From assembly GCA_965235115.1 (NCBI GenBank), contig OZ249436.1, positions 53,756,001-53,820,000 on the forward strand: 64,000 bases of DNA. Direction: 5' to 3'. Under the pieces are notes generated by a model. The model saw nothing but the letters and a program-made list of their open reading frames with translations, searched no databases and was not told where the DNA came from. The translations under genes and the position numbers were made by a program. The DNA comes from Laetmonice hystrix. Lineage: Eukaryota. How positions within the stretch are numbered: the stretch's first letter is position 1; each line of letters opens with the position of its first letter. Shown here piece after piece: positions 35,727 to 48,872 of this stretch.

Positions 35727-36858
35727 CGAGTTAATCGTGGGTGAGTCGAGTGACTACCGTACTTTCGGTGAATCCCCGTGCGTGTTTTGATTTTGGAATC
35801 ATGGCCGACCGCAGAGGAGGTGTGAACGCAGGAGCGCCCCCTATCCATGTAAGCTTGCTGCAGGAATCTATGCGCTCGCGGCGGCCTTCGCGCCACTTCG
35901 AAATGTGCCGGCGAACAGGACAGATGAGCTGCCTCACCAGACAAAATCGCGGCTTTAGAACTTAATGTTAATTCATTTTTCAAAGTATCCAACGTACCAA
36001 GGGAATAATGAAGGCTATCACTTGGGTCTGCAGAAGAACGGGTATCGCAGCCCGGGAATATGCCCCCCCCCCCCCCCCCATCATCTGTTCTTGATACATC
36101 CGCTGGCTAACGAGAGCAAGTATTTAAGCCCAGGTCCAATTTCAATTGGAGAATGTGGACCCCCTAATCGTCATTTCCTGGTACCTCCACTGGCCAAATT
36201 TGTGATGTTTTGTAAATTAGATGGAAGACAAATGGTCAAATTGTCACCGTTTTTAAATGGTTTTACCCATGTACCCAGACTCTATGTACCCTGTAATATA
36301 CCCGGGTCCTTCAAGAGGGGAATATGCCCCCCCAAATAAAATCACCTGTTCATGTTACCTTTTCAGGATAAATTGGTGATAAGTTAAATGGAAGAAAGAT
36401 GCCATGTCAAATTGTCACAGTTCTATTTTATTTTCTCACCAATATATTGGGTGGGCCAAAAAAAACCTGGAACAGTCTTTCTTGACTGTGACTTCTGTAA
36501 TTTTCATCCCAATGTCATAATATTCGGCACATGATATCATTTGGTTAATTGGGGCATGTGGTACAAATCCTAGATAAATAGGTCAAAAAGTCTATAAAAA
36601 ATAGCGCATATATAGCGGACATAATTGTAATATACTATACTAAGTCCTAATATGTAAAATACAACACAAAGGAAGGGGGTCCATTTCCCGTATGTGAAGG
36701 CTGCAATGCACTCGTCACTCGATACCCCTGCTCCTGGCGGGTGTTAATTTTTCGGAGCTTTCTGGCGACACCTTTTGAGGAAAGTGAGAAACCTGTCTGG
36801 CTTCTTACCAGGTCCTCCGTTTACACTTCAGACACGTCAAAGTAACTTTCACCTGTTA

Positions 36859-37295
36859 AGCCTTGTACACATGTGGCGTTTTTGTGGCAGCGGTAACGGC
36901 AGCGGCAACGGCAGCGGCAACGGCAGCGGTAACAGCAGCGGTAACGGCAGCGGCAACGGCTAAGCAGCAATGAGTGTACACATGTAACGGTGAAACATAA
37001 AACGGATCTGTCAACGTGTAGGCCTATGTGTTATTTGGAGATATATCCATAATCTTACGTAACTGTGGGGCGTCTGCATGTGGTGACGGCAAAAAATCGC
37101 TTCTCGAGCGATTTGAACCTGTCTATTGGCGGATAGTCGGACTGCGGCATGGCAGATAGTCGGATAGTTGCATTGCCGTTACCGTACGCATGTGTACACA
37201 TTCACTGGATTTCATTTCGGCGATTTTTTTGGCCGCTGTCGCATTGCCGCATTACCGTTGCCGTTGCCGCAAAAACGCTACATGTGTACACGGCT
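36859..37295. mobile_element. Harbinger-type MITE
   Basis: Perfect TTA TSD (36856-36858, 37296-37298); TIRs AGCCTTGTACACATGTGGCGTTTTTG / CAAAAACGCTACATGTGTACACGGCT; internal (GGCAGC/GGCAAC) repeat. Confidence 0.85.
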
Positions 37296-38416
37296 TTAGT
37301 GGAGTATGCACTTTGTTTTGCGGATAGTCCATTTGCACATTCGATTGTAGTCCGGCAGTCAAGCAGTCCAGCCTCGGATTGCGGGTGGGGGGTGGGGGGG
37401 GGGGGAGGGGGGGCTCCCTTCAGTTGGCCGATCAAAGTTTTTTTCATTCAAAAACCGCGGCATTATATTGTGACCTTGTTGCAATAGTTGGCTCTTTGAA
37501 TAAGTGCTGCTTGAATAAAGGAGGTTTCTTTTGGTTCAAATAACCTTATTTTTTATTTCAAGTAAGAATTTCGAGATTAGTTTTAATGGATGTCTATTCT
37601 TAAAAACTATGTGCTCCCTTTAAACAAAATCCTGGCTCCGTCAGCTGCAAGCTTTGTCCAGTCGTCTGTGTCTGGTGGGGGGGGGGGGGGGTGAGGTCAG
37701 TCGACATATTTCATGCTGCCTACATATTTATCTGTAAGCATATTTTGCGGACTCACGATTTTCCCCCAGATTTGGATGGTAACATCTTAACAGAATTTGG
37801 TGTAAAGAATTCAAAATCTATTGCCATTCCCGGCCCCAAACATAATACCCTCCTTTACTTAAGTCCACACACTTCCTCAGAAAAAGTATCCCCAACCCAA
37901 ATTCCGTGGGGGAAATTACCATGGGGGAATAACCGATTTGACCCCATCACTTTTTCATCCGATCCCGTTCGGTTACAAAATTATTTGGGAGAAAACGTGT
38001 GACGCCAGCTTAATTATTGATATTTATTGAATAAAAAAGCACCTTTCTTTGTTTGGTCTTATAGTGACATGTCCAACATTGATTTATTTATGTAATGTGA
38101 GAGTTCAATAATATGTAGATTTATTGTGTAAGCTAAGACCTCAACAACATGGCGGAGGGGCGTGAGGCGTACATACAACAGGGCAGTATGCCACAATAAG
38201 ACGGGAAGAGTCATATCTACAATATATGTTATGTTCGATATTATAATGTATATACTGGGTGTATCTACAAAAACATAAACAAAGTGCTGATTACATCAAA
38301 GTACTAAACATTGAGGATTAACACTGCTTACATATTACTGTTCTGTTCTAATCATACCAATAACATACCACGGCCCAAGTCACTGATGATTAACAACAAT
38401 TCTTTGAAGACAATAT

Positions 38417-41400
38417 CGTTATGATTTTCTCGAAGGGGCGAATCCCGAATTTTGACGTTTTGAGAAAATCGCATAAAAAATGTGGCTAAAGTTTGGACGG
38501 GTTCTTTGTCTCAAATATTACATGAAACTGCAAAGTAAAGTATGCTTTATGCAAATAAACATTGAGCCCCTTTTAAAACATTAAGTACCTCGGACTCGTC
38601 CGACCGGAAGTTGTAGATACAAGCACCGGAAATGCATAGCACAAATTCGCCCTTTTGAGAAAATCAAAATTTCGTTCCGTAGTCGGATTCGCCCTGATTC
38701 GCCCGTTTGAGAAATTCAATGTGTGTGCAAGTTGGTCTATTCGCCTTTGGGTATGTTTTCTTTTTTCGACATTTCTATAATCTCTGAATGGTTTTAGGGA
38801 TTGTTATGAACGCTGATTGTATATGTGACATATTCGAAATCAAGATGGCCGCCAATTCCAAGATGGCTGCCATTTAACGGGAAGTAACTATAGGGGCTTA
38901 TTTCAGCTCTCAGTGGACCAATTTTGATGATATTTGAGTCAATTCCGCGGGTTATCCGACGGCTGCATCCATTTCTAACTTTCAAATTTCAAGATGGCCA
39001 CGAAATCCAATATGGTGTCCATCGAAACCGGAAATGACCAGAATAATCTTGGCTAGTGCCTTGAAAGAGGTCATGGGTGTTAATTCATTTCACCTACTGC
39101 TACCCAGGGGCGGATCCAGTGTTTTCCCAAACGGGAGGAGGCGTGGGGCTCAGAATCTTGGAGGGGGATTCCGATTGGTGACTACCTATTTTGTCTGTAA
39201 TTTTGTATTGTGCTGGTGAAGGGGGGGGGGGGGTGCGCCCCCACGCCCCCTCCCCCCGATCCGCACCCTGATTTGATATGGCACTCAGGGGCTATCATTT
39301 TGATTTACTATGTTTGTTCCAGTATTCTGGCTGCGCACTCGCAGGCTGACTTTTTAAAAATTATTAGGCCTAGCAATAAAACACTGGCCGCGCACTCGTA
39401 GCAGTCCAAGATCTCCCTAACTTCAGTTATTTTGTGCTCCAAAATGCACCAGATATCACCAAAATACACCTTAAATTCAAAGAATTCGGGGGGGGGGGCA
39501 TGACCCTAGACCCGCCTAACTAGGCTTCGCGCTCTCAGCACTCGCGGACTTCGCACCTTTGGCCTGGTGTACTACAGTCTGTTCGCTCTAAGAAGAGCTC
39601 GAGCATATTCATGACCCTCCCGCCCCACTCCTCCAGCGTGTCCAATAACAGGCCGCGGGCCGTAACGGCTGCCCGCGGGAGGATGTAAACCTGGGGTGAG
39701 CACTCCATTTGGGGTAATACAGAACCACATGGAGTTTGGTGAAATTCTTGAGTGACAGGCGGTGACGACTTGTGATACGCCAGCTGTGGGTAGACGGGAG
39801 GAGGGGGCAGGTCACAGCTTATAATGAGGCCGAGGTCAAGCTCTTCTTAGAGCGAACAGACTGTAGTAGGCCTACTTCGCATCTGCGGGGCTTGTGCGCT
39901 TCGCGCCTAGCTATGGGCGCTGGGGGACTGTGGGGGTGTTGGTCGAGGGTTGGGTGGGTGTCTCCTGCATTCCTGTTCCTAAATGTTGACAGCCGAGGCC
40001 GTAGCTAGCGGAGGGGGGGGGCAGTTGCCCCTGTAACCCCCCCCCCCCAGAAAATTGTCATAATTAGGCCTAATTTGGCTGCAAACTGGCTGGGATCGTC
40101 TGTGGTATCATCAAAAGTGGCCCAGCAGGCTTTATATTTTTATCAGAAAAGTGGTCTCCAGATGCTAGAAAATAGCGTTTTTTGGCCTTCCATACTTTTC
40201 CCCCCAAGGGAGGGCCCCCGGACCCCAAGCCACAGGAACAGCTCACATCTTTGGCGCTCGCTGAATTTTATCTTAGCTTTATCTCTGCTGCCCCCTTTCG
40301 CAAATGCCTGGATCAGCCCCCCATATCTTGTCCATTAGGCCTACATTGTATTCCCATGCAGGAACGGATCCAGGTTGGCGCCAAATGGGAGGTGGGGCGG
40401 GGGGGGGGGGGGGGGCTTGTGAGTGCAAAGAAGGGGTGTGTGCTTGGTTTGAACCTTTCAAGCAGAAAAAAGAAAAATTACGTCAGAGGGCCGGGGGCTC
40501 GCAACCCTTTCACCACCCACTGGATCGGCCACTGATTCTCATATAAATACATAGGATAAATGCTGCTTGCATGTTCCATTACGTGCATTTTTACCTGGCG
40601 CACTGCCACAGGCGGATTTAGGGGGAGGGGTGGCAGCAGGCGCCCCTGTTCATTAAAAAAGGCCCTCGGCCTGACTAAGATAACAACTTGCATTTCGTTC
40701 CCAGATGCCAGGGAAACGCCTATTTGGCACTTTAATTTTCAATTTTTTTCAGACCCCTCTCCCCCACTCAAGGCTTCGCGTCATTCTCGGATATACTGAC
40801 GTGCAATCTAATACGTTACTGATATTACATTTCTTACTGCAGAATAAATGAAGTAGGCCTATGCCTATTAAGTTACTCACTACTCTCTTCACAAAAATCT
40901 CGGGGCAGACGTGTGCAATCACCTATCAACCTCGAAACTGATTCAAATTCCATCAATATTGGTCCACTGGGGACTGAAACCTTGCCATTTCCTATTTAGA
41001 TAACGGCCATCTTAAAGTTTGAAAGTGCCATAATTGGATTCCAGATCTGGATTGATTCTAAACCACGAAATCGACTCAAACGTCATCAAATTCGGTTGAC
41101 TTGGAGCTAAAATTTGGTTGCTTCTGGTAAAACGGCGGCCATCTTGGAATTGACGGCCATGTTGAATTTTGAAAATGTGATAATGTGATAATTAACCGAA
41201 AACCCCGAAAAACTACTCCAAAATTGTCAACATTGGCAAACAAGTTGCAGAGATATGGCTAAAGCCCTGCTAATAGGCCAATCATTTTGATTTTCTCAAA
41301 GGGGCGAATCCCAGCATTCGCCCCTTCGAGAAAATCACGTTGAGCAATCATTACTGGATTCGCCCATGCCATTAATTATTATCTCCATAATTAATTGTAG

Positions 41401-41511
41401 GAAAAATATAAAATTTCACAAAATGATAGTACATACTATCATAGTTAATTTTATCATATTAGTTGAAATTCGAAAATATTGCCGATTCGCCCCTTCGAGA
41501 AAATCATGACG
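38417..41511. mobile_element. 3.1-kb non-autonomous DNA transposon, Sola1-like
   Basis: 28-bp TIRs CGTTATGATTTTCTCGAAGGGGCGAATC / GATTCGCCCCTTCGAGAAAATCATGACG; ATAT on both sides (fits the AWWT TSD of Sola1); subterminal copies of the TIR motif at ~38645, 38697, 41290 and 41317. Confidence 0.7.
39104..39270. mobile_element. Short CAG...CTG MITE (CAGGGGCGGATCCAG family); related ends at ~40359-40534, 40609 and 42918
   Basis: CAGGGGCGGATCCAG ... GATCCGCACCCTG inverted termini. Confidence 0.55.
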
Positions 41512-42173
41512 ATATAATGTGTAAAACACAAACCTCGCCATACGAAATCCAGTCTGGGGCCGTGAAAAAATTTAATAAAGTTATTTTACATTTCTCAAAA
41601 GCATGTTTTGAATTCACATTTTAGATCACTTGATACTGAATAGTAGGAGAGGTCTGCAACAATTTAAATTATGTTGTTATAAGAATACTTCTCTCCTTTC
41701 AAAGATCCTTTCTATTGCAAGACTGACCAAGGATAGCACATTGCCGAATGTTGTTAAATATTGTTGGTTGTCTTTAAGCCTTCTAGAATGAGCACGCTAT
41801 ATTTCCGGCCCCCCCTTTTCGTTAAATAAACTGCGCATTTTGTTAGATGCACATTTCTTAACACTCATTAATAGCCTGAACCTCCTGTTTCTTAATCCAA
41901 TTGTTTTTTCCTCTTCTCAATATTAAGTGGTTGCGCTCTATCTAGCACTTTGTTCCCGCTTGCCTTTTTTAGACGCCCTGTAGATTCGTTGTTATAATTT
42001 CATCTACACAGACGAAGCGAACAAGAACCGAGTAAAAAAGAATGTGGTTTATGGTATTTAAAGTTATACATCTTCTGAAGTGTTTTTATTTGAACGAAAT
42101 TAAGTTCTTAATCTTCTCCTTGTCTAAAGTTGTCTAAACATCAGAATCTATATCTAATCTATAGTAACGCAAA

Positions 42174-42330
42174 GGGCCATATGCATACTGGTCCATCCGG
42201 CCGGCGGGCCTATTTCCGAATGGTTGACCATAGTCAACGAGCGAAAAGAATTTCATTTATTACTATTATGTGCAACCATAGCCGTACAACGCCATAATTG
42301 GCCAGGCGGGTGGACCAGTGTGTATGGGCT
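42174..42330. mobile_element. Degenerate small MITE
   Basis: Imperfect inverted repeat CCATATGCATACTGGTCCA / TGGACCAGTGTGTATGGGCT|TTA. Confidence 0.45.
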
Positions 42331-43190
42331 TTTATTTTGCCAATTCGTGATAGCATCGAATTAGTTGAGTTGGTGTTGCATGCCGTCCCTTAAAAGGAAG
42401 GTTAAACACGATAATTTGCCGAAAGTAGTGAAAAATACTTCTACCTCTTAAATAAAAATCCGGTTGTTGGCCAACATTTAATTCACGGATAAGATATTCA
42501 TCTTATATATCATAAATTATGTATTGACCACAAAACAACACAACCCGCGGAAAAGGCAATAAAGTTATTGCACACGGTTTTATCACGGTTTGAGACCGTA
42601 GCAATCCGGGGTCGGAACCGTGAAAGTGAGAACTAGGTTGCTACGGGTCCGCTATGGGGTTTTTATCCGTGATCGAAATCGATTTTTTTTACATGTTCAA
42701 AACTTTTCCACGGATCGAAGAGAACCGAAACTTCTATGCGAGCCTCCAGCTCATCGCTATGCAGCCTGGACTGAGAACGGAACTGAGGACGGAACAAGGT
42801 AGCTGCTGGATAATATCCACCGAATTCAAGAAATTCTCGGACCGAAGGCACTGCTCAACATCAGAAATGCACAGGAGCGACGGAAACATGCATACGACTA
42901 GAGTCATCTGCAGCAAACAGGGGCGGATCCAGAATGTTGGAAAAGGGGGGGGGGCGGTTGGAATTAAAGGGGGAGCCGAGCCCTGGTAGGGGGTCCGGGG
43001 GCATTGTCCCCGGACAATTTTGAACATCTAGAGTCTCTGAAATGGCATTTCCTGAAATTTCCTGCATTCTGAGAAAGCAAAATGTTTGCTTTTACAGTTG
43101 CAAATAACAAAATTTTGCTTTTTTTTTCACTACGGCTTACTACGGGCTGTTACGTATCTCCGACGGGTTATTATGGATTGAACAGGGTAA

Positions 43191-44058
43191 ATCCCCCGTC
43201 ACACTTTCCCGGATCAAGCGACGGTTTGGAATGATCCGTAGCGCAAGGCGATCCGGCAGCTTCCGTGACCTGGAAAGGCGATGATGCGTGAAACTCCGTA
43301 TCCAGAACGGTTTGATCCAGTAGGGGTTACTACGACATTGTTACGGGTTGAGAAGGATTGTTACAGATAGCTTCCCGGGGCTACTCCGTATAGGTACGGC
43401 TTACTATGGCTTACTACGGCTCTCTTACGGGTTGATGCGGTTCCACTACGGATTACTACGGGCTGTTACGTATCTCCGACGGGTTATTACAGATTGAACA
43501 GGTTGGGGTGCTCGCCAATATATAGGCGAGCGTCATGACACACGCGTTGGCCACCTTGATTTAAAGCAGCCCGTAGCAAGCCATACCAACCCGTCACAAT
43601 ACGTAGGGTACCACCGTAGCACGCCGTATCAACCCGTAGTGGATACGTACTAATACTTTGTGTGATCCGTTCCTATACCTACCAATACTTACCTATACGT
43701 ACCAACCCGGGAAGGATACCTAACAACACGTAGTGGATCCATCACCGATCACGTGATCACGGCTTACTAGGGAAACGCTAAGTGTCCACTAAGGGTTGCT
43801 ACGCATCGTCTACGGGTTACTACGGGTCATCTACGGGTTGCTACGGATCCGCTACGGCGATTTTATCCGTGGTCGAAATCGAAAAAGTTTTGAACATGTC
43901 CACGGATCGAAAGACCGCTACGAATCGGTACGGGTTGCCACGGGTAGCTACGGAACATCCCGGATCACGCCGGATCGGACCACGGATCATGCCGGATGCG
44001 CCCGTAGCCCCGATCCGGCAAGACCCGGCGCGCGATCCGGGAACGTGTGATGGGGGCT
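43191..44058 (+). mobile_element. Harbinger-type MITE (AGCCCCCGTCACAC family), tandem copy 1
   Basis: TAA|ATCCCCCGTCACAC ... GTGTGATGGGGGCT|TAA; near-identical to copy 2 apart from small deletions. Confidence 0.85.
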
Positions 44059-44061
44059 TAA

Positions 44062-44961
44062 AGCCCCCGTCACACTTTCCCGGATCAAGCGACGGTTTGG
44101 AATGATCCGTAGCGCAAGGCGATCCGGCAGCTTCCGTGACCTGGAAAGGCGATGATGCGTGAAACTCCGTATCCAGAACGGGTTGATAAGGGTTGACACG
44201 GCTCCTGTAGGGGTTACTACGACATTGTTACGGGTTGAGAAGGATTGTTACGGATAGCTTCCCGGGGCTACTCCGTATAGGGACGGCTTACTATGGCTCA
44301 CTACGGCTCTCTTACGGGTTTATGCGGTTCCACTACGGATTACTACGGGCTGTTACGTATCTCCGACGGGTTATTACGGATTGAACAGGTTGGGGTGCTC
44401 GCCAATATATAGGCGAGCGTCACCACATGACACACGCGTTGGCCACCTTGATTTGAAGCAACCCGTAGCAAGCCATAACAACCCGTCACAATACGTAGGG
44501 TACCACCGTAGCACACCGTATCAACCCGTAGTGGATACGTACCAATACTTTGTGTGATCCGTTCCTATACCTACCAATACTTACCTATACGTACCAACCC
44601 GGGAAGGATACCTAACAACACGTAGTGGATCCATCACCGATCACGTGATCACGGTTTACTAGGGAAACGCTAAGTGTCCACTAAGGGTTGCTACGTATCG
44701 TTTACGGGTTACTACGGGTCATCTACGGGTTGCTACGGATCCGCTACGGCGATTTTATCCGTGGTCGAAATCGAAAAAGTTTTGAACATGTTCAAAACTT
44801 TTCCACGGATCGAAAGACCTCTACGAATCGGTACGGGTTGCCACGGGTAGCTACGGAACATCCCGGATCACGCCGGATCGGACCACGGATCATGCCGGAT
44901 GCGCCCGTAGCCCCGATCCGGCAAGACCCGGCGCGCGATCCGGGAACGTGTGACGGGGGCT
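44062..44961 (+). mobile_element. Harbinger-type MITE, tandem copy 2 (900 bp, complete)
   Basis: TAA|AGCCCCCGTCACAC ... GTGTGACGGGGGCT|TTA, perfect 14-bp TIRs. Confidence 0.9.
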
Positions 44962-45159
44962 TTACGCTGCGTGTATGTCTTGGGATTTACCACCAGTTTG
45001 ACTGGTGTCACGGGGAAATCCGCCATGGCTTCTCAAAAGAAGTAGACCCAGTTCGGCAAGCGGTGTCCTCAATACCCATACACCCCTGCGTCAGAGGAGG
45101 CACGGCCGAAAAGGTAACAAGGGACATGCAGACTTCTTCACCTGCTTTGTTTCTTTGGG

Positions 45160-45186
45160 TCTTCTTCTTCTTCTTCTTCTTCTTCT

Positions 45187-45226
<40 letters not shown>

Positions 45227-45230
45227 ATAA
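45160..45230. repeat. Compound microsatellite (CTT)n(CTG)n(ATG)n
   Basis: Seen directly. Confidence 0.9.
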
Positions 45231-45299
45231 TCGCTTCTTTTGCTTGGCTCCAGCCAGCCAGCAGAGACCAGCAACGACAGCAGCGGTCATATGTTTCGG

Positions 45300-45462
45300 T
45301 CTAGAAGTCTCCTGGCTATTTTTATAATGACCGTAGTTGCTGATCTAGAATTCTCTTGGCTATTTTTTATAGTGACCGTATCTGCTGGTCTAGAAGTCTC
45401 CTGGCTATTTTTATTGTGACCGTAGTTGCTGATCTAGAGGTCTCTTGGCTAGAGGTCTTGGC
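45300..45462. repeat. ~44-bp tandem repeat, about 3.5 copies
   Basis: CTAGAAGTCTCCTGGCTATTTTTATAATGACCGTAGTTGCTGAT repeated. Confidence 0.8.
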
Positions 45463-45923
45463 TGTGTGCATATATTTCAATCCCTTCCCATCTCGCGGAG
45501 ACGTAGGTGAGGGCCTGATGACGATCACACTAGTCGCTACCTGAACAACTGATGGGGAAATATTTCCCGTTTGAAATGAATCCTACAGTTGTTCTGCCTG
45601 GAATCAAGGTCGACTGAATATGTTGAAGACGACGCTGTTTTAAAGCTGAACCAGGGTATAGATATTATACGTTGAATATGTAAAAACCTACGTCTCCCCA
45701 ATGCTCATTCTGTGCTGCCCCATTAACATCCGTCACGTAAACTATAAACAACGTAGAACTACGGGTATGTGCCACTTCCGCGAATTCTTTTTGGGTCATT
45801 CTTTTTATTACTTTGCGCTTCTTTGACGTACCTATACTGTTTCTTTGGTGGTGTTTCTGACTGATCCATTGAAAGGCTTTAAGGCTTATATAATATTTTC
45901 ATCAGCCTGGGCTTAAGTACCTG

Positions 45924-46034
45924 GGCCCAGTTCCTAAAAGCTTAAGCTTAAGCTTAACGCTTCTGATTGGCGGGTCTGCTAAGACCAGCCAATCAGAACC
46001 GTTAGAGCAAGACCTTAAGTTTTTAGGAACCGGG
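45924..46034. mobile_element. Tiny hairpin MITE, Harbinger CWG class
   Basis: CTG|GGCCCAGTTCCTAAAA...TTTTAGGAACCGGG, with internal inverted repeat TTCTGATTGGC / GCCAATCAGAA. Confidence 0.55.
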
Positions 46035-46049
46035 AACTGGGGTGTGTGG

Positions 46050-46490
46050 CGAATGTCCTAAGGGCAAGATGCCCTTGAATGTCCTAGGGTGAATGTCCTA
46101 GGGATGAATGTCCTAGGGGTGAATGTCCTATAGGGGTGAATGTCCTAGGGGTGAATGTCCTATAGGGGTGAATGTCCTAGGGGTGAATGTCCTAGGGGTG
46201 AATGTCCTAGGGATGAATGTCCTAGGGGTGAATGTCCTAGGGGTGAATGTCCTAGGGATGAATGTCCTAGGTGTGAATGTCCTATAGGGGTGAATGTCAT
46301 AGGGGTGAATATCCTAGGGGTGAATTTCCTAGGGGTGAATGTCCTAGCGATGAATGTCCTGGGGGTGAATGTCCTAGGGTGAATGTCCGAGGGGTGAATG
46401 TCCTAGGGGTGAATGTCCTATAGAGGTGAATGTCCTAGGGGCAGATGTCCTTGGGGGTGAATGTCCCAGGTGGATGTCCGGGGGATGGTT
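46050..46490. repeat. 15-bp minisatellite (GGGGTGAATGTCCTA); related array at ~63730-63835
   Basis: Seen directly. Confidence 0.9.
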
Positions 46491-48451
46491 ATCCTGTCGC
46501 CTAGAGGATTACAGCTGTTTGGGGTGAAGGCTTAGTTTCTGGCAGCTTTCTTCCACAAAATTTCTAGGCCCGTTCACGGTTGTTGAAAAACGTGGGTGGG
46601 AGGTTGCCGAGATTTTCGCACGTTATACAGGCATTGCCATATTGCAGCGTCTAGTCTACGCATTGAGCGAGGCGTGAGAGTCCCCTGTCTCGTTTCTGTC
46701 GATTGGTAAAATTGTCCTTCTTCAGCAAGCCACTCACTTCGGGCAGTGTTCCTGCGTCCAGCAAAGTGCTGACGTCGGGGGAGAAAAGGTCATGTCCATA
46801 ATCGCCACCCTTGGCGCTCAATGGCCTTACATGCCCATGACATGGTATGTTATTTATTCAAAGGTTCACACAAGGCAGTACATGCTAACGAGCTGAAAGC
46901 TTTCAGTTATTAAAAGAAAAATAAGCTCTGCAATCTAAATGATTATTTTATAGTTTCTATAGAAATATAGAACTAAAAGGACTCAGAGCCCAAAATAATT
47001 AGCATATACTAACCCAGAAAAATCAACTCTGAATTGGTAAAATACCGTCGCTTGCTGAGGATTCGAGAAGGCTGCCAATGGTTTATTTTTACCGAACAGA
47101 ACAATTGCAGCCCACGACATTACGGCAATCCGTAACGTCACATATCACCTACCAAAACGACAATGAAACTCAACTGAAGAACGACTGTCCTATCACTAGC
47201 CCCCCTCCCCCCCCCCCCCCAAGAAATACGACACGGAAAGGAAGGATTTCCTTCCAACAAGACGGTCGTTGTTGTGCTCGAAAACATATCCTCCAGAGTT
47301 GTTTTCAGGAAGACGTATACACACGTCAGCTGAACGGGCGAAAACTTCCCAACGTGTCACAATAAGACTGGCAAGCATTGATAATGGAAACAGTCTATAT
47401 CTCCTCGTGCTCGTCCCTTTTATTACTGCTGGGCACTAACTGAATAGGAGGAGGTAGCATCTACTGTTACATTTGATCAATCTAGCCGTATTTGCCGTGA
47501 CTGCTTGCGACTCTTTAGGACGACCTCATGAAAGTCCTCATGGATTAGGGACCAACGTTAGGACAATCACTGTCAGCGTGGGATCATCATAAAAAAGGGA
47601 GGAACAAGACCCCCCCCCCCCCCCCGGCTACCGCTGTGACCCGCTAGCCCCCCCCCCCCCTGCCACCCGGACTGGCGTGAGGTCACTGGGCGGCTCTGTT
47701 CCAGTGACACAAGCAATCCCAGCGATCGCGGTCCAGGCGTGGGATGGGATGAGGCGGGGACCACGAACACCCAACACCTATCGATCGTGTTCATCAGCGT
47801 GGTGACGGCCCCGCTCGGGTTCCGATGACAATGTACAGATCTCGCTCGAGATTCACCTTCAATGTCGGGGTTGGCTTCTTTATAATACGGGGCGACGGAT
47901 GAGACATTGCTGAAGAATTGCGCGGGGGGGGGGGGGGAGTGCTTTCTTTCAATAGATATTATGTAAGGCCCTATCCTACTTTGACGCTGGCCTTGTTTTA
48001 GGTGAGACCTTGCAACAATTCAACGACAACTTTGGACGTCCTGTCACGAGTCCTCCCGATATATTGTTTTGGTTCAGAGGCACTGGACCAAAGCCTTATA
48101 GAAATGTGTAGCTGGGTCAAGATTGGATGTTTATCGACCATGAGGTGAAAGTCTGAGAGGGAGTGACACTACCAATCTTCCATAATGCAGAGGGGCTCGC
48201 TCCACTACCCCTCTGCCACACCTCACTTTTTACGGGCAAAATCGGGCCCCTACGCGTTTAACCCTGTTTTTGCAAAGTCGGCCGCCCTTTCTTATGTTAT
48301 CTATAAAATTTAACGTACCTCTAAATCCCCAAACCGAGATTATAACAAGTGACATTCACCGTACAAGAGAAATATCTGATGAAATATAAGGAACTTTGCG
48401 GGGGGAAATCAGCTATAGTCGCAAGTCGGTTGGCCAATTTCGGGATGATTC

Positions 48452-48872
48452 TAGCCTGGTCCCCTGTGCCTACCATACGCATCCGCTATGTTAGGCCAGG
48501 TGCTGGCTAACAGAAAGCTGCGAAACGGAAGTGATTAAACTCCAAGCGCTTCCGTTCCGTTGGTCAGCGTTAACAGAGTGACCGACTTCTGCTTGGAGCG
48601 TGGCCGGGAGTGGCCAACATGCCCATGCGTATGCAGACCGTAGCAGGTGTGGGGACTGATGACGCTATGTTCCATCCAGAAAAGCGAGGACATTTAACAC
48701 TTGTATTTTAAAGGGATTGACGAAAATATCTGTATCTTGTTGGAGAAATACGGAGGGTACGGAACTACTTCGTTTGCGTCCATGTTTTTGATGGGCCAAT
48801 CACAATGCTCGCTTCGATTAGCCTTCACCAGGCTCAATATACGTAGTCAATATAGAGCTGGGGACCAGGCTA
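48452..48872. mobile_element. Non-autonomous DNA transposon with TAG...CTA termini (Academ-like; hAT not excluded)
   Basis: TIR TAGCCTGGTCCCC / GGGGACCAGGCTA; perfect direct repeat GGGATGATTC at 48442-48451 and 48873-48882. Confidence 0.75.

Noticed and set aside
45515..45545. Hammerhead-ribozyme-like CTGATGA-CGA..TCG
   Set aside because: The required GAAA is absent (GCTA) and stems I and III could not be formed.
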